This document shows, piece by piece, positions 8,926 to 18,358 of a stretch of 32,000 bases of DNA. The DNA lies in assembly GCF_042660085.1 (NCBI RefSeq), contig NZ_JBHSTI010000009.1:17410-49409 (forward strand), written 5' to 3'. Under the pieces are notes generated by a model. The model was given only the letters and a program-made list of their open reading frames with translations. It was not told where the DNA came from and did not search any database. A program made the translations under genes and the position numbers. Origin of the DNA: Longivirga aurantiaca. Its GTDB lineage: Bacteria > Actinomycetota > Actinomycetes > S36-B12 > CAIYMF01. Every line of letters starts with the position of its first letter. Within the stretch, counting starts at the first letter, position 1.

Positions 8926-9684
8926 ATGTCCATGGAGCTCAAGGGTGCGATCGCCGTCGTTACGGGCGGTGCTTCCGGCATCGGGAAGGCCACCCGCGAC
9001 CTGTTGGAGGCGGCGGGTGCCCGACCAGTGACGTGGGACCTCGCGGGGGCCGACATCCGCTGCGACGTCTCCAGCGAGGAGTCGGTCGAGGCGGCGATCG
9101 CCGCGACGGTGGCTGGCTACGGGGTTCCGTCGATCCTGGTGGCCGCCGCCGGGGTCGGGCGGACCGGACGCATCGTCGACCTGGATCTCTCCGACTGGGA
9201 TCTGACGTACGCGGTGAACATCCGCGGCGTCATGCTCGCTCTGCGCGTCGTCGCACGCGAGATGATCGCGGCGGGCCTGCCAGGCAGCTGCATCCTCATC
9301 AGCAGCGTCAACGGAACGGTGGCCGATGCTGCGCACTCGATGTACTCCACGAGCAAGGCGGCCGTGAACCATCTGGCCCGATGCGCCGCGGTCGAGCTCG
9401 GCCCCGAGGGGATCAGGGTGAACGCGGTAGCACCGGGACCTGTGGAGACCCCGATGATGAGCGGCGTTCTCGCCATTGAGGGCTACAGGCAACAGATCGC
9501 GGACACCACGCCCCTCGGCCGTATCGGCGCGCCGGAGGACATCGCGGAAGCGGTGCTCAACCTGCTGCGGTCCGACTGGGTCACCGGGCAGGTGGTGGCC
9601 GTCGACGGAGCTGCATCGCTCATGAGCGCGCGCGGTCACGACCGCGCTCGCAAGCTCACTCAGAAGCACGGGGACGGGGCATGA
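8926..9684 (+). CDS. short-chain dehydrogenase/reductase
   Basis: AIAVVTGGASGIGKAT, ISSVNGTVADAAHSMYSTSKAAVNH, PGPVETPMM. Confidence 0.93.
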   Translation: MSMELKGAIAVVTGGASGIGKATRDLLEAAGARPVTWDLAGADIRCDVSSEESVEAAIAATVAGYGVPSILVAAAGVGRTGRIVDLDLSDWDLTYAVNIRGVMLALRVVAREMIAAGLPGSCILISSVNGTVADAAHSMYSTSKAAVNHLARCAAVELGPEGIRVNAVAPGPVETPMMSGVLAIEGYRQQIADTTPLGRIGAPEDIAEAVLNLLRSDWVTGQVVAVDGAASLMSARGHDRARKLTQKHGDGA

Positions 9685-10193
9685 TGGCGGCGACCCCCGT
9701 CGAGACCGATGCCGGCGGCGACAGCGTCACTGTCCGCTTCCGGGACGCGATGGGACAGGTGGCCGCACCGGTATGCGTGGTCACGATCCTCGACGACGCC
9801 CACCCGTACGGCACCACGGTGAGTGCCTTCATGTCGCTGTCGATGGCACCGCCCATGCTGCTGCTGTCCCTCGACAACACATCCCGGCTGCTCAGCCGGA
9901 TCTCGTTCGGCTCGCGACTGGGTGTGAACATCCTCGCCACGGACCAGCAGGCGCTCGCGAGCAGGTTCGCGAGCAAGATCGATGACAAGTTCGACGGCGT
10001 CGACTGGTTCCTGGACGCCGACGCGCCCCGGTTCGACTCGGTCCACGCGTGGGTCTGCCTCGACGTGCGCGAGATCATCGCGGGGGGCGACCACCGCGTG
10101 ATCCTCGGAGAGGTCGTCGCGGCCGAGGCCCTCGAAGGCTTCCAGCCGCTCACGTACCACCGCCGGACGTTCGGCACGCACGCCGCTCTCTGA
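9681..10193 (+). CDS. flavin reductase domain protein (HsaB/HpaC-like), probable reductase partner of the 6737..7945 monooxygenase
   Basis: FRDAMGQVAAPVCVVT...GTTVSAFMSLSMAPPMLLLSLDNTS...FGVNIL-like LGVNILATDQQALASRFA; ATGA overlap with upstream SDR. Confidence 0.9.
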   Translation: MMAATPVETDAGGDSVTVRFRDAMGQVAAPVCVVTILDDAHPYGTTVSAFMSLSMAPPMLLLSLDNTSRLLSRISFGSRLGVNILATDQQALASRFASKIDDKFDGVDWFLDADAPRFDSVHAWVCLDVREIIAGGDHRVILGEVVAAEALEGFQPLTYHRRTFGTHAAL

Positions 10194-10253
10194 TCGAGCC
10201 GGCCCAGCTGCTCGGCACGACGCTCCGCCACCCGGCCGAGGAAGGATCCGTGA

Positions 10254-10796
10254 ATGAAGCTCTTCCACATCAACGTGGTGTGCATGGACTTCGAGAAGTC
10301 CTACGCCTTCTACACCGAGACGCTCGGCATGGTGCCGCTCACCCGGCGTACCGCTTCCTCCGGGGACGGCGCTCCGACGGGACCGCTCACGCGTCTGCCG
10401 GACGGACGGCTGCCGGGGGAGGCCCGCACCAAGGACGAGGATCAGGATGCTTCCCGGCGCGCGCTGGCGATGTCCGGTGATATGGGTAGCCGAGGCGTTC
10501 TGCTCTACTGGCCCGAGATGCCCCAGGGTCCGTACATCGACCTGCTCGAGTGGACCGAGGGCGGCTACGACGTCGAGCGGACGGTGAAGGGCACCGGCTT
10601 CGCGCGCCTCGCCATGCAGGTGGACGACATCGAGGCCGAGTACGCGCGCATGACCGAGCGGGGCGTCGAGTTCTACAGCGAGCCCGTCCTCATCACGCTC
10701 GGCGCCACGGCCATCAAGATCGTGTTCTTCGAGGATCCGGACGGCACCGTCCTCGAGTTCGTGGAGCTCGCCGCCGGCGGCTGGGGGAAGGTCTGA
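10254..10796 (+). CDS. VOC-superfamily (glyoxalase/bleomycin-resistance/dioxygenase fold) protein
   Basis: MKLFHINVVCMDFEKSYAFYTETLGM ... FFEDPDGTVLEFVE. Confidence 0.88.
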   Translation: MKLFHINVVCMDFEKSYAFYTETLGMVPLTRRTASSGDGAPTGPLTRLPDGRLPGEARTKDEDQDASRRALAMSGDMGSRGVLLYWPEMPQGPYIDLLEWTEGGYDVERTVKGTGFARLAMQVDDIEAEYARMTERGVEFYSEPVLITLGATAIKIVFFEDPDGTVLEFVELAAGGWGKV

Positions 10797-10797
10797 C

Positions 10798-11568
10798 ATG
10801 CCTGCTTCGATGACGGGACAGACGGCCATCGTGACCGGAGGGAGCCGGGGGATCTGCCTCGCTGCCGCCAAAGCGATGCTCGATCGTGGCGCCAACGTGT
10901 GCATCACCGGGCGGCACGAGGAGCAGCTGGCCGAGGCGCTGGCGCATCTGGCCGCTGGTAATCGCGCTATCGCGGTTGCCGGGCACGCGGCAGAGGCCGC
11001 GCACCGTGAGGAGACGGTCGCGACGGTGATGGCGACGTTCGGATCGATCGACGTCCTGGTCAACGGGGTGGGCATCAACCCGTACTACGGGTCGCTCTCG
11101 GACCTGCCGGAGGACGTCGCGATCAAGATGTACCGCACCAACGTGCTCGCCGCCCTGGAGTGGTTCAAGCTGTGCGAGAAGGCATGGATGGCCGAGCACG
11201 GCGGGAGCGTGGTCAACCTCGCCGCGGCCGGCGTCTACCGCGGAGGCCCACTGCTCGGCGCGTACTGCGTCACCAAGGCCGCGCTCGTGCGGCTCACCGA
11301 GCAGCTTGCGCTGGAGAAGGCTCCGCTCCGGATCCGGTTCAACGCCGTCGCCCCCGCCACGGTGCGCACGAAGTTCGCCGCCAAGTTCTGGGAGGGCAAC
11401 GAGGAGGCGGTCGCAGCGGCGTACCCGATCGGGCGTGCCGGGGAGCCCGAGGATGTCGGCGAGGCCATCGCCTTCTTCGCGAGCAACGACTCGTCGTGGA
11501 TCACCGGACAGACCCTCGCCATCGACGGCGGGCTGTTGCTCACGACGTCGGTCGACTCGCTCGCGTGA
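10798..11568 (+). CDS. SDR-family protein, paralog A; active-site-degenerate (possible pseudoenzyme subunit)
   Basis: 256 aa; TGGSRGIC (third Gly replaced by Cys) and VVNLAAAGVYRGGPLLGAYCVTK (Ser 13 residues before the Tyr replaced by Ala). Confidence 0.88.
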   Translation: MPASMTGQTAIVTGGSRGICLAAAKAMLDRGANVCITGRHEEQLAEALAHLAAGNRAIAVAGHAAEAAHREETVATVMATFGSIDVLVNGVGINPYYGSLSDLPEDVAIKMYRTNVLAALEWFKLCEKAWMAEHGGSVVNLAAAGVYRGGPLLGAYCVTKAALVRLTEQLALEKAPLRIRFNAVAPATVRTKFAAKFWEGNEEAVAAAYPIGRAGEPEDVGEAIAFFASNDSSWITGQTLAIDGGLLLTTSVDSLA

Positions 11569-11581
11569 AGGGGGCAGTCCT

Positions 11582-12352
11582 ATGCCGGCGTCGATGAAGG
11601 ACCGGGTCGCGATCGTGACGGGCGGGACACGCGGTATCGGCCTGGCCACGGCGCGGTCCTTGCTGGATCGCGGGGCGACCGTGTGCATCACCGGACGCAG
11701 TACCGAGCAGCTGGCCGATGCACTCACCCAGCTGGATGCGGGTGAACGAGCAATCGGCGTCGCCGGCCACGCGGCCGAGGCTGCGCACCAGGACGCCACG
11801 GTCGCGCGCGTCATGGCGGAGTTCGGATCCGTCGACGTCCTGGTCAACGGGGTGGGCATCAACCCGTACTACGGGTCGACCAGCGACCTGCCCGAGGATG
11901 TAGCGATCAAGATGTTCCGCACCAACGTGTTGGCGGCTCTTGCCTGGTTCACCCGCTGCGAGCAGGCCTGGATGGGTGAGCATGGCGGGAGCGTCGTCAA
12001 CCTGTCCTCGGCCGGCGCCTATCGAGGCGGTCCGCTCCTCGGCTCGTACGGCATCACGAAGGCCGCGATGATCCGGTTGACGGAGCAGCTGGCCCTCGAG
12101 AAGGCGCCCCGACGGATACGGGTCAACGCAGTCGCCCCCGGCACGGTGCGGACGAAGTTCGCGGCGCAGTTCTGGGAAGGCAACGAGGAGGCCGCCGCGG
12201 CCGCGTATCCGCTGGGCAGGGCAGGGGAGCCTGAGGACGTGGCCGAGGCGATCGCCTTCCTGGCCAGTGACGACGCGTCGTGGATCACCGGCCAGACACT
12301 CGCGATCGACGGCGGACTCCTGCTGACGACGCTCGTCGACTCCCTGGCCTGA
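11582..12352 (+). CDS. short-chain dehydrogenase/reductase, paralog B, catalytic residues intact
   Basis: 256 aa, start ATG 11582; TGGTRGIG and VVNLSSAGAYRGGPLLGSYGITK; aligns end-to-end without gaps to paralog A. Confidence 0.93.
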   Translation: MPASMKDRVAIVTGGTRGIGLATARSLLDRGATVCITGRSTEQLADALTQLDAGERAIGVAGHAAEAAHQDATVARVMAEFGSVDVLVNGVGINPYYGSTSDLPEDVAIKMFRTNVLAALAWFTRCEQAWMGEHGGSVVNLSSAGAYRGGPLLGSYGITKAAMIRLTEQLALEKAPRRIRVNAVAPGTVRTKFAAQFWEGNEEAAAAAYPLGRAGEPEDVAEAIAFLASDDASWITGQTLAIDGGLLLTTLVDSLA

Positions 12353-12376
12353 GCAGCCACGGCAACCGGAGGAACA

Positions 12377-13357
<981 letters not shown>

Positions 13358-13394
13358 TTCGCGGCACCGTCGTGAGACGGGTGCCCGTGACCCG

Positions 13395-14327
13395 TCAGGT
13401 GCGGTTGCCGAACCTCGCGATCAGCGCCTGGCCCTGGCCGTCCGCCTCGGTGTGCCGCACGAGCCCCGCGTCGTACACGGAGTCGGCGAGGAACAGCTGC
13501 TCGACGTTGTCGCGGATGTCCTCGGGGGACGGGTCGTCGGAGCCGAAGCCGTACGCCTCGCCGATCACCACCTGCGCGGTAGTGCCCGCGATGGCCGTGA
13601 ACGTCTCTCCGTTGACCTTCGTCTCGGGGTGCGACAGCCAGAGCACGGTGGGCGACACGAGATGGGGGGAGAACTTGGCGAGCAGCTCGTCGGTGAAGAA
13701 CTTGCTGCTCGCGCTCACGGGGCGCGTGCCGGCGCCGGGTGAGATCTCGTTGATGTAGATGCCGTGGTCGAGGGAGTCCAGGGAGAGCGTCCTCGTGAAG
13801 CCGTGGATGCCCGCCTTGGCGACGCCGTACTCCAGGCGTCCCGTGCTGCCGACGAAGCCGACGGCCGAGGTGGTGTTCACGATCTTCCCGTAGCCGCGTG
13901 CCTGCATGTGCGGCCACGCGGCACGGGTGCAGTTGATGGTCCCGTACAGGTGCACCATGAGGACGCGCTCGAAGCTCTCCTGCGTGGTGTCCAGGAACGT
14001 GTAGCGGTCGGTGAAGATCCCGGCGTTGTTGACCAGGATGTCGATCTGGCCCCAGGTGTCGAGGGCCTGACCGATGATCGACTCGCCCGCCTCGACGGTG
14101 CCGACCGGGTCGAAGTTGGCGATCGCCTCGCCGCCGCGCGACACGATGAGGTCCACGACTTCCTGCGCAGGCGCGAGGTCCCCGCCACTGCCGTCGAGCT
14201 CGACGCCCGGGTCGTTGACGAGGACGCGGGCCCCGCGCGCGGCGAGGAGCAGCGCGTGCTCGCGACCGAGGCCGCGACCGGCGCCGGTGACGACGGCCAC
14301 GTGCCCGTCGAGTCGAAGCTCACCCAT
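13395..14327 (-). CDS. short-chain dehydrogenase/reductase, HSD17B4/MFE-2 dehydrogenase-domain-like
   Basis: GHVAVVTGAGRGLGREHALLLAARGARVLVND, NNAGIFTDR, TTSAVGFVGSTGRLEYGVAKAG. Start at MGELRLDG (ATG 14327). Confidence 0.9.
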   Translation of the reverse strand: MGELRLDGHVAVVTGAGRGLGREHALLLAARGARVLVNDPGVELDGSGGDLAPAQEVVDLIVSRGGEAIANFDPVGTVEAGESIIGQALDTWGQIDILVNNAGIFTDRYTFLDTTQESFERVLMVHLYGTINCTRAAWPHMQARGYGKIVNTTSAVGFVGSTGRLEYGVAKAGIHGFTRTLSLDSLDHGIYINEISPGAGTRPVSASSKFFTDELLAKFSPHLVSPTVLWLSHPETKVNGETFTAIAGTTAQVVIGEAYGFGSDDPSPEDIRDNVEQLFLADSVYDAGLVRHTEADGQGQALIARFGNRT

Positions 14328-14489
14328 CGTGCCGACCTCCAAGGACAGCACGCACCCGCCCGCGTACGGGCGGGGCGTGTCACTGGTGTCAGCCGGTCGC
14401 GGACCGACCGGGCTGCTCTCGCGGGAGACTGGGGCGGGGTCCGATCGCCGCGGACCCCTTCCCGGCCACCTCTGGTGCGGGCGGGGTTG

Positions 14490-14519
14490 ACGGTAGGACC
14501 CGCCTGCTGAGACTGTCAA
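14490..14519 (-). promoter_or_regulatory. Candidate promoter for the 13395..14327 SDR gene: TTGACA - 18 nt - TACCGT (minus strand)
   Basis: -35 is complement of 14514..14519, -10 is complement of 14490..14495; overlaps operator 3. Confidence 0.58.
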
Positions 14520-14528
14520 GCGCTTGGT
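14515..14528 (-). promoter_or_regulatory. Palindromic operator site 3 (minus strand ACCAAGCGCTTGAC)
   Basis: Plus strand GTCAAGCGCTTGGT, in the divergent SDR/enoyl-CoA hydratase intergenic region. Confidence 0.85.
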
Positions 14529-14577
14529 AGAGAGATTCTCGGACCGCACGCGGTCCCGTCCCCGCGAGAGGTGTCCC

Positions 14578-15333
14578 GTGACCGACGAGGTGCTCACCGA
14601 GCAGCAGGATCGAACCCTGCTCATCACGCTCAACCGTCCCGAGGCCATGAACGCCATCAACGAGGCGTTGGTCGCGGGTCTGCTCGCCGCGGTGCGACGC
14701 CTCGACGACGACCCTGGTCTCACCGTGGGCGTCCTGACCGGCGCCGGCACGCGAGCGTTCTCCGCCGGCATGGATCTCAAGGCGTTCAGCCGTGGCGAGA
14801 ACATGCGCGGCATCTACGAGTTCATCAGGAACGGGTCGCGCAAGCCCCTGCTCGGAGCGATCGAGGGGCTGGCACTCGCCGGAGGCCTCGAGATGGCGCT
14901 CACCTGCGACCTCCTCGTCGCGGCGAAGGGGGCCAGGCTGGGGATCCCCGAGGCCAAGGTGGGGCTGTTCGCCTCCGCAGGGGGGGTCATGCGGCTTCCG
15001 AGCAGGGTGGGCTACAGCACCGCCATGGAGATGGCGCTGACCGGAGATCCGATCCTCGCCGAGGAGGCCTACGAGCGCGGGCTGGTGGCGCGTGTCTGCG
15101 AACCGGGCGATGCCGTCGCTGCCGCGCTCGAGCTCGCCCAGCGGGTGGCGAGGAACGCGCCGTTGAGCGTGGCGACGTCCAAGCAGCTGATCCGTGCCAC
15201 CCAGGGCACCACCGAGGCGGAGTTCTGGCAGCTCCAGGAACCGTACGAGGCCGCCATCGTGGCGTCGGCCGACGCCCAGGAGGGCCCCCGCGCGTTCGCC
15301 GAGAAGCGCCCCCCGCAGTGGACGGGGGCCTGA
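14578..15333 (+). CDS. enoyl-CoA hydratase/isomerase (crotonase)
   Basis: GTG start 14578; TLNRPEAMNAIN, FSAGMDLKAF, EGLALAGGLEMALTCD, GIPEAKVGLF. Confidence 0.93.
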   Translation: MTDEVLTEQQDRTLLITLNRPEAMNAINEALVAGLLAAVRRLDDDPGLTVGVLTGAGTRAFSAGMDLKAFSRGENMRGIYEFIRNGSRKPLLGAIEGLALAGGLEMALTCDLLVAAKGARLGIPEAKVGLFASAGGVMRLPSRVGYSTAMEMALTGDPILAEEAYERGLVARVCEPGDAVAAALELAQRVARNAPLSVATSKQLIRATQGTTEAEFWQLQEPYEAAIVASADAQEGPRAFAEKRPPQWTGA

Positions 15334-15375
15334 CCCGTTCGGAGTGCGAGCGGAGCCTCAGGGCGGTCGTCGAGC

Positions 15376-16341
15376 TCAGGGTCGGAGCAGCACCTTGCCC
15401 ACCGCTCTCCTGTCGTCGATCAGCCTCAGAGCCTGGTCCGCCTGGTCGAGGGTGAAGACCTCGCCGATCACTGGAGCAAGGGCGCCGTTCTCGACGAAGG
15501 GCAGGAGCGCGTTCCATCCCTCGCGCACGTGCGTGGGTCGCGTGACCCCATAGGCCCCGAGCCCGACGCCCACGACCGAGATGTTGTTGAGCAGCAACCG
15601 GTTGACCTTCACCGAGGGGATGTCGCCACCGGTGAAGCCGACGACCAGAAGCCGGCCGTCGTCGCGCAGGCAGCGGAGGGAGTCGGTGAACCGGTCGTCC
15701 CCCACGGTGTCGACGACGAGGTCGACCCCTCCCGGATGCGCCGCGAGCGTGTCGTCCTTGAACGACTCCGCCAGGACGTAGGTGTCGGCGCCGGCGCCCA
15801 GGGCGACCGCTCCCTTCTCGTGGGTCGAGGTCACGGCGATCACCGTCCCCGCACCGAAAGCCCGGGCCACCTGGATGGCTGCTGTGCCGACACCACCCGC
15901 GGCGCCCTGGACGAGGACCGACTCCCCCGCCCGCATCCGGCCCCGCTGCACCAGGGCGAACCAGGCGGTCAGGTAGTTGAGGGGGAGCGCTGCTCCCTGA
16001 TCGAACGACGTGCCGTCCGGGAGCGGCAGGACGCGAGTGACAGGCGCGGCGGCGAGCTCCGCGAAGCCGCCCAGCATGGTGAAGGCCGCCACCCGGTCGC
16101 CCGGCGCCAGCCCTGAGCCGGCGGGCGCCATGACCACCTCGCCCGCGACCTCCGAACCGGGGACGAACGGAAGGGTGGGGGACAGCTGGTAACGGCCCCG
16201 CGTCTGGAGGACCTCGGGGAACGACACGCCGGCTGCCCTGACGGCGATGAGGGCCTCGCCGGCCGCGGGCACGGGATCGGGGACGTCCGCGAGGCGCACA
16301 GCACCCGGGCCGTCGTGCGTGGTGATCTGGACGGCGCGCAT
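15376..16341 (-). CDS. NADPH:quinone oxidoreductase-like / zinc-type alcohol dehydrogenase family (MDR) protein
   Basis: Start MRAVQITTHDGPGAVRL (ATG 16341); GSEVAGEVV, VLVQGAAGGVGTAAIQVARAFGA, DVVVDTVG-like VDLVVDTVGDD. Confidence 0.92.
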   Translation of the reverse strand: MRAVQITTHDGPGAVRLADVPDPVPAAGEALIAVRAAGVSFPEVLQTRGRYQLSPTLPFVPGSEVAGEVVMAPAGSGLAPGDRVAAFTMLGGFAELAAAPVTRVLPLPDGTSFDQGAALPLNYLTAWFALVQRGRMRAGESVLVQGAAGGVGTAAIQVARAFGAGTVIAVTSTHEKGAVALGAGADTYVLAESFKDDTLAAHPGGVDLVVDTVGDDRFTDSLRCLRDDGRLLVVGFTGGDIPSVKVNRLLLNNISVVGVGLGAYGVTRPTHVREGWNALLPFVENGALAPVIGEVFTLDQADQALRLIDDRRAVGKVLLRP

Positions 16342-16390
16342 CGTGTGCTCCTTCTGATCGGATCGTGGCCACTGTAGGCCGAATGTGTCT

Positions 16391-16404
16391 ACCAAGCGCC
16401 CGAT
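16391..16404 (-). promoter_or_regulatory. Operator-like site 4, half-degenerate (ACCAAGCGCCCGAT on plus strand)
   Basis: One half-site conserved, the other has CC in place of TT; 50 bp upstream of the MDR gene start. Confidence 0.6.
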
Positions 16405-16621
16405 CAGTCCTGTCCGGGCGGAAGGCAGGCGTGGCGGCTGTCGGCCTACCACCGTGGCGCGTGGATGCGGCCTCAGAGGTGCACGGGCAACCCGGTGTGA
16501 CGCAAGGAATGCCGACGTACCGCCAGCCCGGGAAGAGCGGACGTTGAGGTGACCGTGGTGGTCTGGGCGCTCGGGGACGAGGGCCGGCGACCTCGTTCGG
16601 GAACGCGCTCGTAACAATTCG

Positions 16622-16635
16622 ACCAAGCGCTTGAT
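16622..16635 (+). promoter_or_regulatory. Palindromic operator site 5 (ACCAAGCGCTTGAT)
   Basis: About 100 bp upstream of the ABC transporter operon; fits AnCAAGnnCTTGnT exactly. Confidence 0.85.
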
Positions 16636-16732
16636 ATACGAACCGGCGCATGCCACTGTCTGCACCACCCAGAAGTCGGTGGACCCGTCTGCCGACCGTC
16701 GACACTCCTGACCCGCGTGCGAAAGGAGCCTC

Positions 16733-18358
16733 GTGACCTCCTCCACGGCTTCGCGGTCGGCCCGGCCGGTCCGGGACGACTCCGCCGTCCCGGTCGTCTC
16801 GCTGCGCGGCGTCACGAAGACGTTTGCCGGCACGCGGGCGCTGCGCCGGGTCGACCTGGACTTCTTCCCCGGGGAGATCCACGCCGTGTGCGGCGAGAAC
16901 GGCTCCGGCAAGTCGACGATGATCAAGATCCTGTCGGGGGTCTACCAGGGCGACCCCGGTGGGACGGTGTCGCTGAACGGTGAGGAGTACGACGCCGACC
17001 GCGTCACGCCGACCGTGGCCAACCGCCAGGGCGTCCGTGTGGTGCACCAGGACCTCGCGGTCTTCCCGGAGCTGACGGTTGAGGAGAACCTCGCGATCGA
17101 CGGCGGGTTCCACACCAGCAAGCTCGGCCGGATCCGCTGGCGCAAGCAGCACAAGTCGGCCGAGCAGCTGATCCGCGACTTCAAGATTCCCGCCCGGCCC
17201 AAGAGCACGCTCGCCGAACTGTCCCTGGCTGCACGCACCGAGGTGGCGATCGCACGGTCGTTGCGCGACATGGACGACCGCGGCAAGGGCCTCCTGATCC
17301 TCGACGAGCCCACCGCGGCGCTGCCGGTCAAGGAGGTCGACGCGCTCCTGGCGTCGTTGCGCGACCTCGCCGACAGCGGCCAATCGATCCTCTACGTCAG
17401 CCACCGGCTGGACGAGGTTCTGGCGCTCGCCGACTACGTGTCGGTCCTCCGCGACGGCGAGCTGGTCGGTACGTTCCCCACCTCCGAGCTCGACGAGGCC
17501 CAGCTCGTGGACCTCATGCTCGGACGAGCGGTCCACAAGGCGCTCGAGCATGTGCCGGTCGTTCCCGACGGAGACGCCGTCTTCAAGGTCGAGAACCTGT
17601 CGGTCGGGCCGCTCAAGAGTGTCTCGCTCGAGGTCCACGCCGGCGAGATGCTGGGGATCGCCGGTGTCATGGGTTCAGGTCGCAGCACGCTCCTCAAGTC
17701 GATCTTTGGCGTCGCGCAGCCGCGCGCAGGACGCTTCGTCCTCGACGGGCAGACGATGGCGGCCGACAGTCCGAAGTCTGCGATGGGCGCAGGGATCGCG
17801 ATGGTGCCCGAGCATCGCTTGCGCGACGCAGCATTCGGCAACGAGCCGGTGGACATGAACATCTCCATCAGCGTCATCGGGAAGTACTGGCGCAAGCTGG
17901 TCCTGGCGGACAAGGCCCTGCGTCAGGACGCAGACCAGCTGATCTCGGAGTACCGCGTCAAGGTGCCGACCGGTCGATCCCTGATGAGCTCGCTGTCCGG
18001 CGGCAACCAGCAGAAGGTCGTCGTCGCGCGCTGGCTCCGTCGCAAGCCTCGGCTGATCCTGCTCGACGAGCCGACCCAGGGCGTGGACGTCGGTGCGCGA
18101 GCCGAGATCTACAACATCCTGAGGCGGGCCACCCAGGACGGTGCCGCAGCAGTCCTGGTGGCCTCCGACTTCCAGGAGCTCGCTCAGGTGGTCGACCGGG
18201 CGATCGTGCTCCGCAACGGCCGAGTCGTCGCCGAGCTCCGGGGCGACGAGATCACCGCCCATCGCCTGGCGCGCCTCAGCCACGCGGATGAAGCCCCCGC
18301 GGCGGCCATGCCCACCCCTGACAGTGACTCATCCGTCGCATCTGCCGAGAAGGGATGA
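16733..18358 (+). CDS. sugar-type (RbsA/MglA/XylG-like) ABC transporter ATP-binding protein, two nucleotide-binding domains
   Basis: GENGSGKSTMIKILSG, LLILDEPTAAL; second domain GVMGSGRSTLL, LSGGNQQKVVVARWL, LILLDEPTQGVDVGA. Confidence 0.95.
   Translation: MTSSTASRSARPVRDDSAVPVVSLRGVTKTFAGTRALRRVDLDFFPGEIHAVCGENGSGKSTMIKILSGVYQGDPGGTVSLNGEEYDADRVTPTVANRQGVRVVHQDLAVFPELTVEENLAIDGGFHTSKLGRIRWRKQHKSAEQLIRDFKIPARPKSTLAELSLAARTEVAIARSLRDMDDRGKGLLILDEPTAALPVKEVDALLASLRDLADSGQSILYVSHRLDEVLALADYVSVLRDGELVGTFPTSELDEAQLVDLMLGRAVHKALEHVPVVPDGDAVFKVENLSVGPLKSVSLEVHAGEMLGIAGVMGSGRSTLLKSIFGVAQPRAGRFVLDGQTMAADSPKSAMGAGIAMVPEHRLRDAAFGNEPVDMNISISVIGKYWRKLVLADKALRQDADQLISEYRVKVPTGRSLMSSLSGGNQQKVVVARWLRRKPRLILLDEPTQGVDVGARAEIYNILRRATQDGAAAVLVASDFQELAQVVDRAIVLRNGRVVAELRGDEITAHRLARLSHADEAPAAAMPTPDSDSSVASAEKG

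Noticed and set aside
10798-11568. Possibility that SDR paralog A is a degenerate pseudogene
   Set aside because: Full length, in frame, same length as paralog B, intact spacing in the operon and conserved Tyr/Lys; only specific active-site positions are changed, so a functional pseudoenzyme is the better working hypothesis, though not proven.
17206-17262. Unusual signature LSLAARTEVAIARSL in the first nucleotide-binding domain of the ABC ATPase
   Set aside because: Degenerate first-domain signatures are common in sugar-type double-NBD ATPases; not enough to call novel.
14987-17638. 883-aa open frame on the minus strand (also 19583..21646, 6380..7948, 1914..2873, 3899..4606, 5037..6500 minus)
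   Set aside because: Antisense to well-supported genes, low-complexity Arg/Gly/Ala/Val-rich composition, no recognisable motifs; typical GC-driven spurious ORFs.
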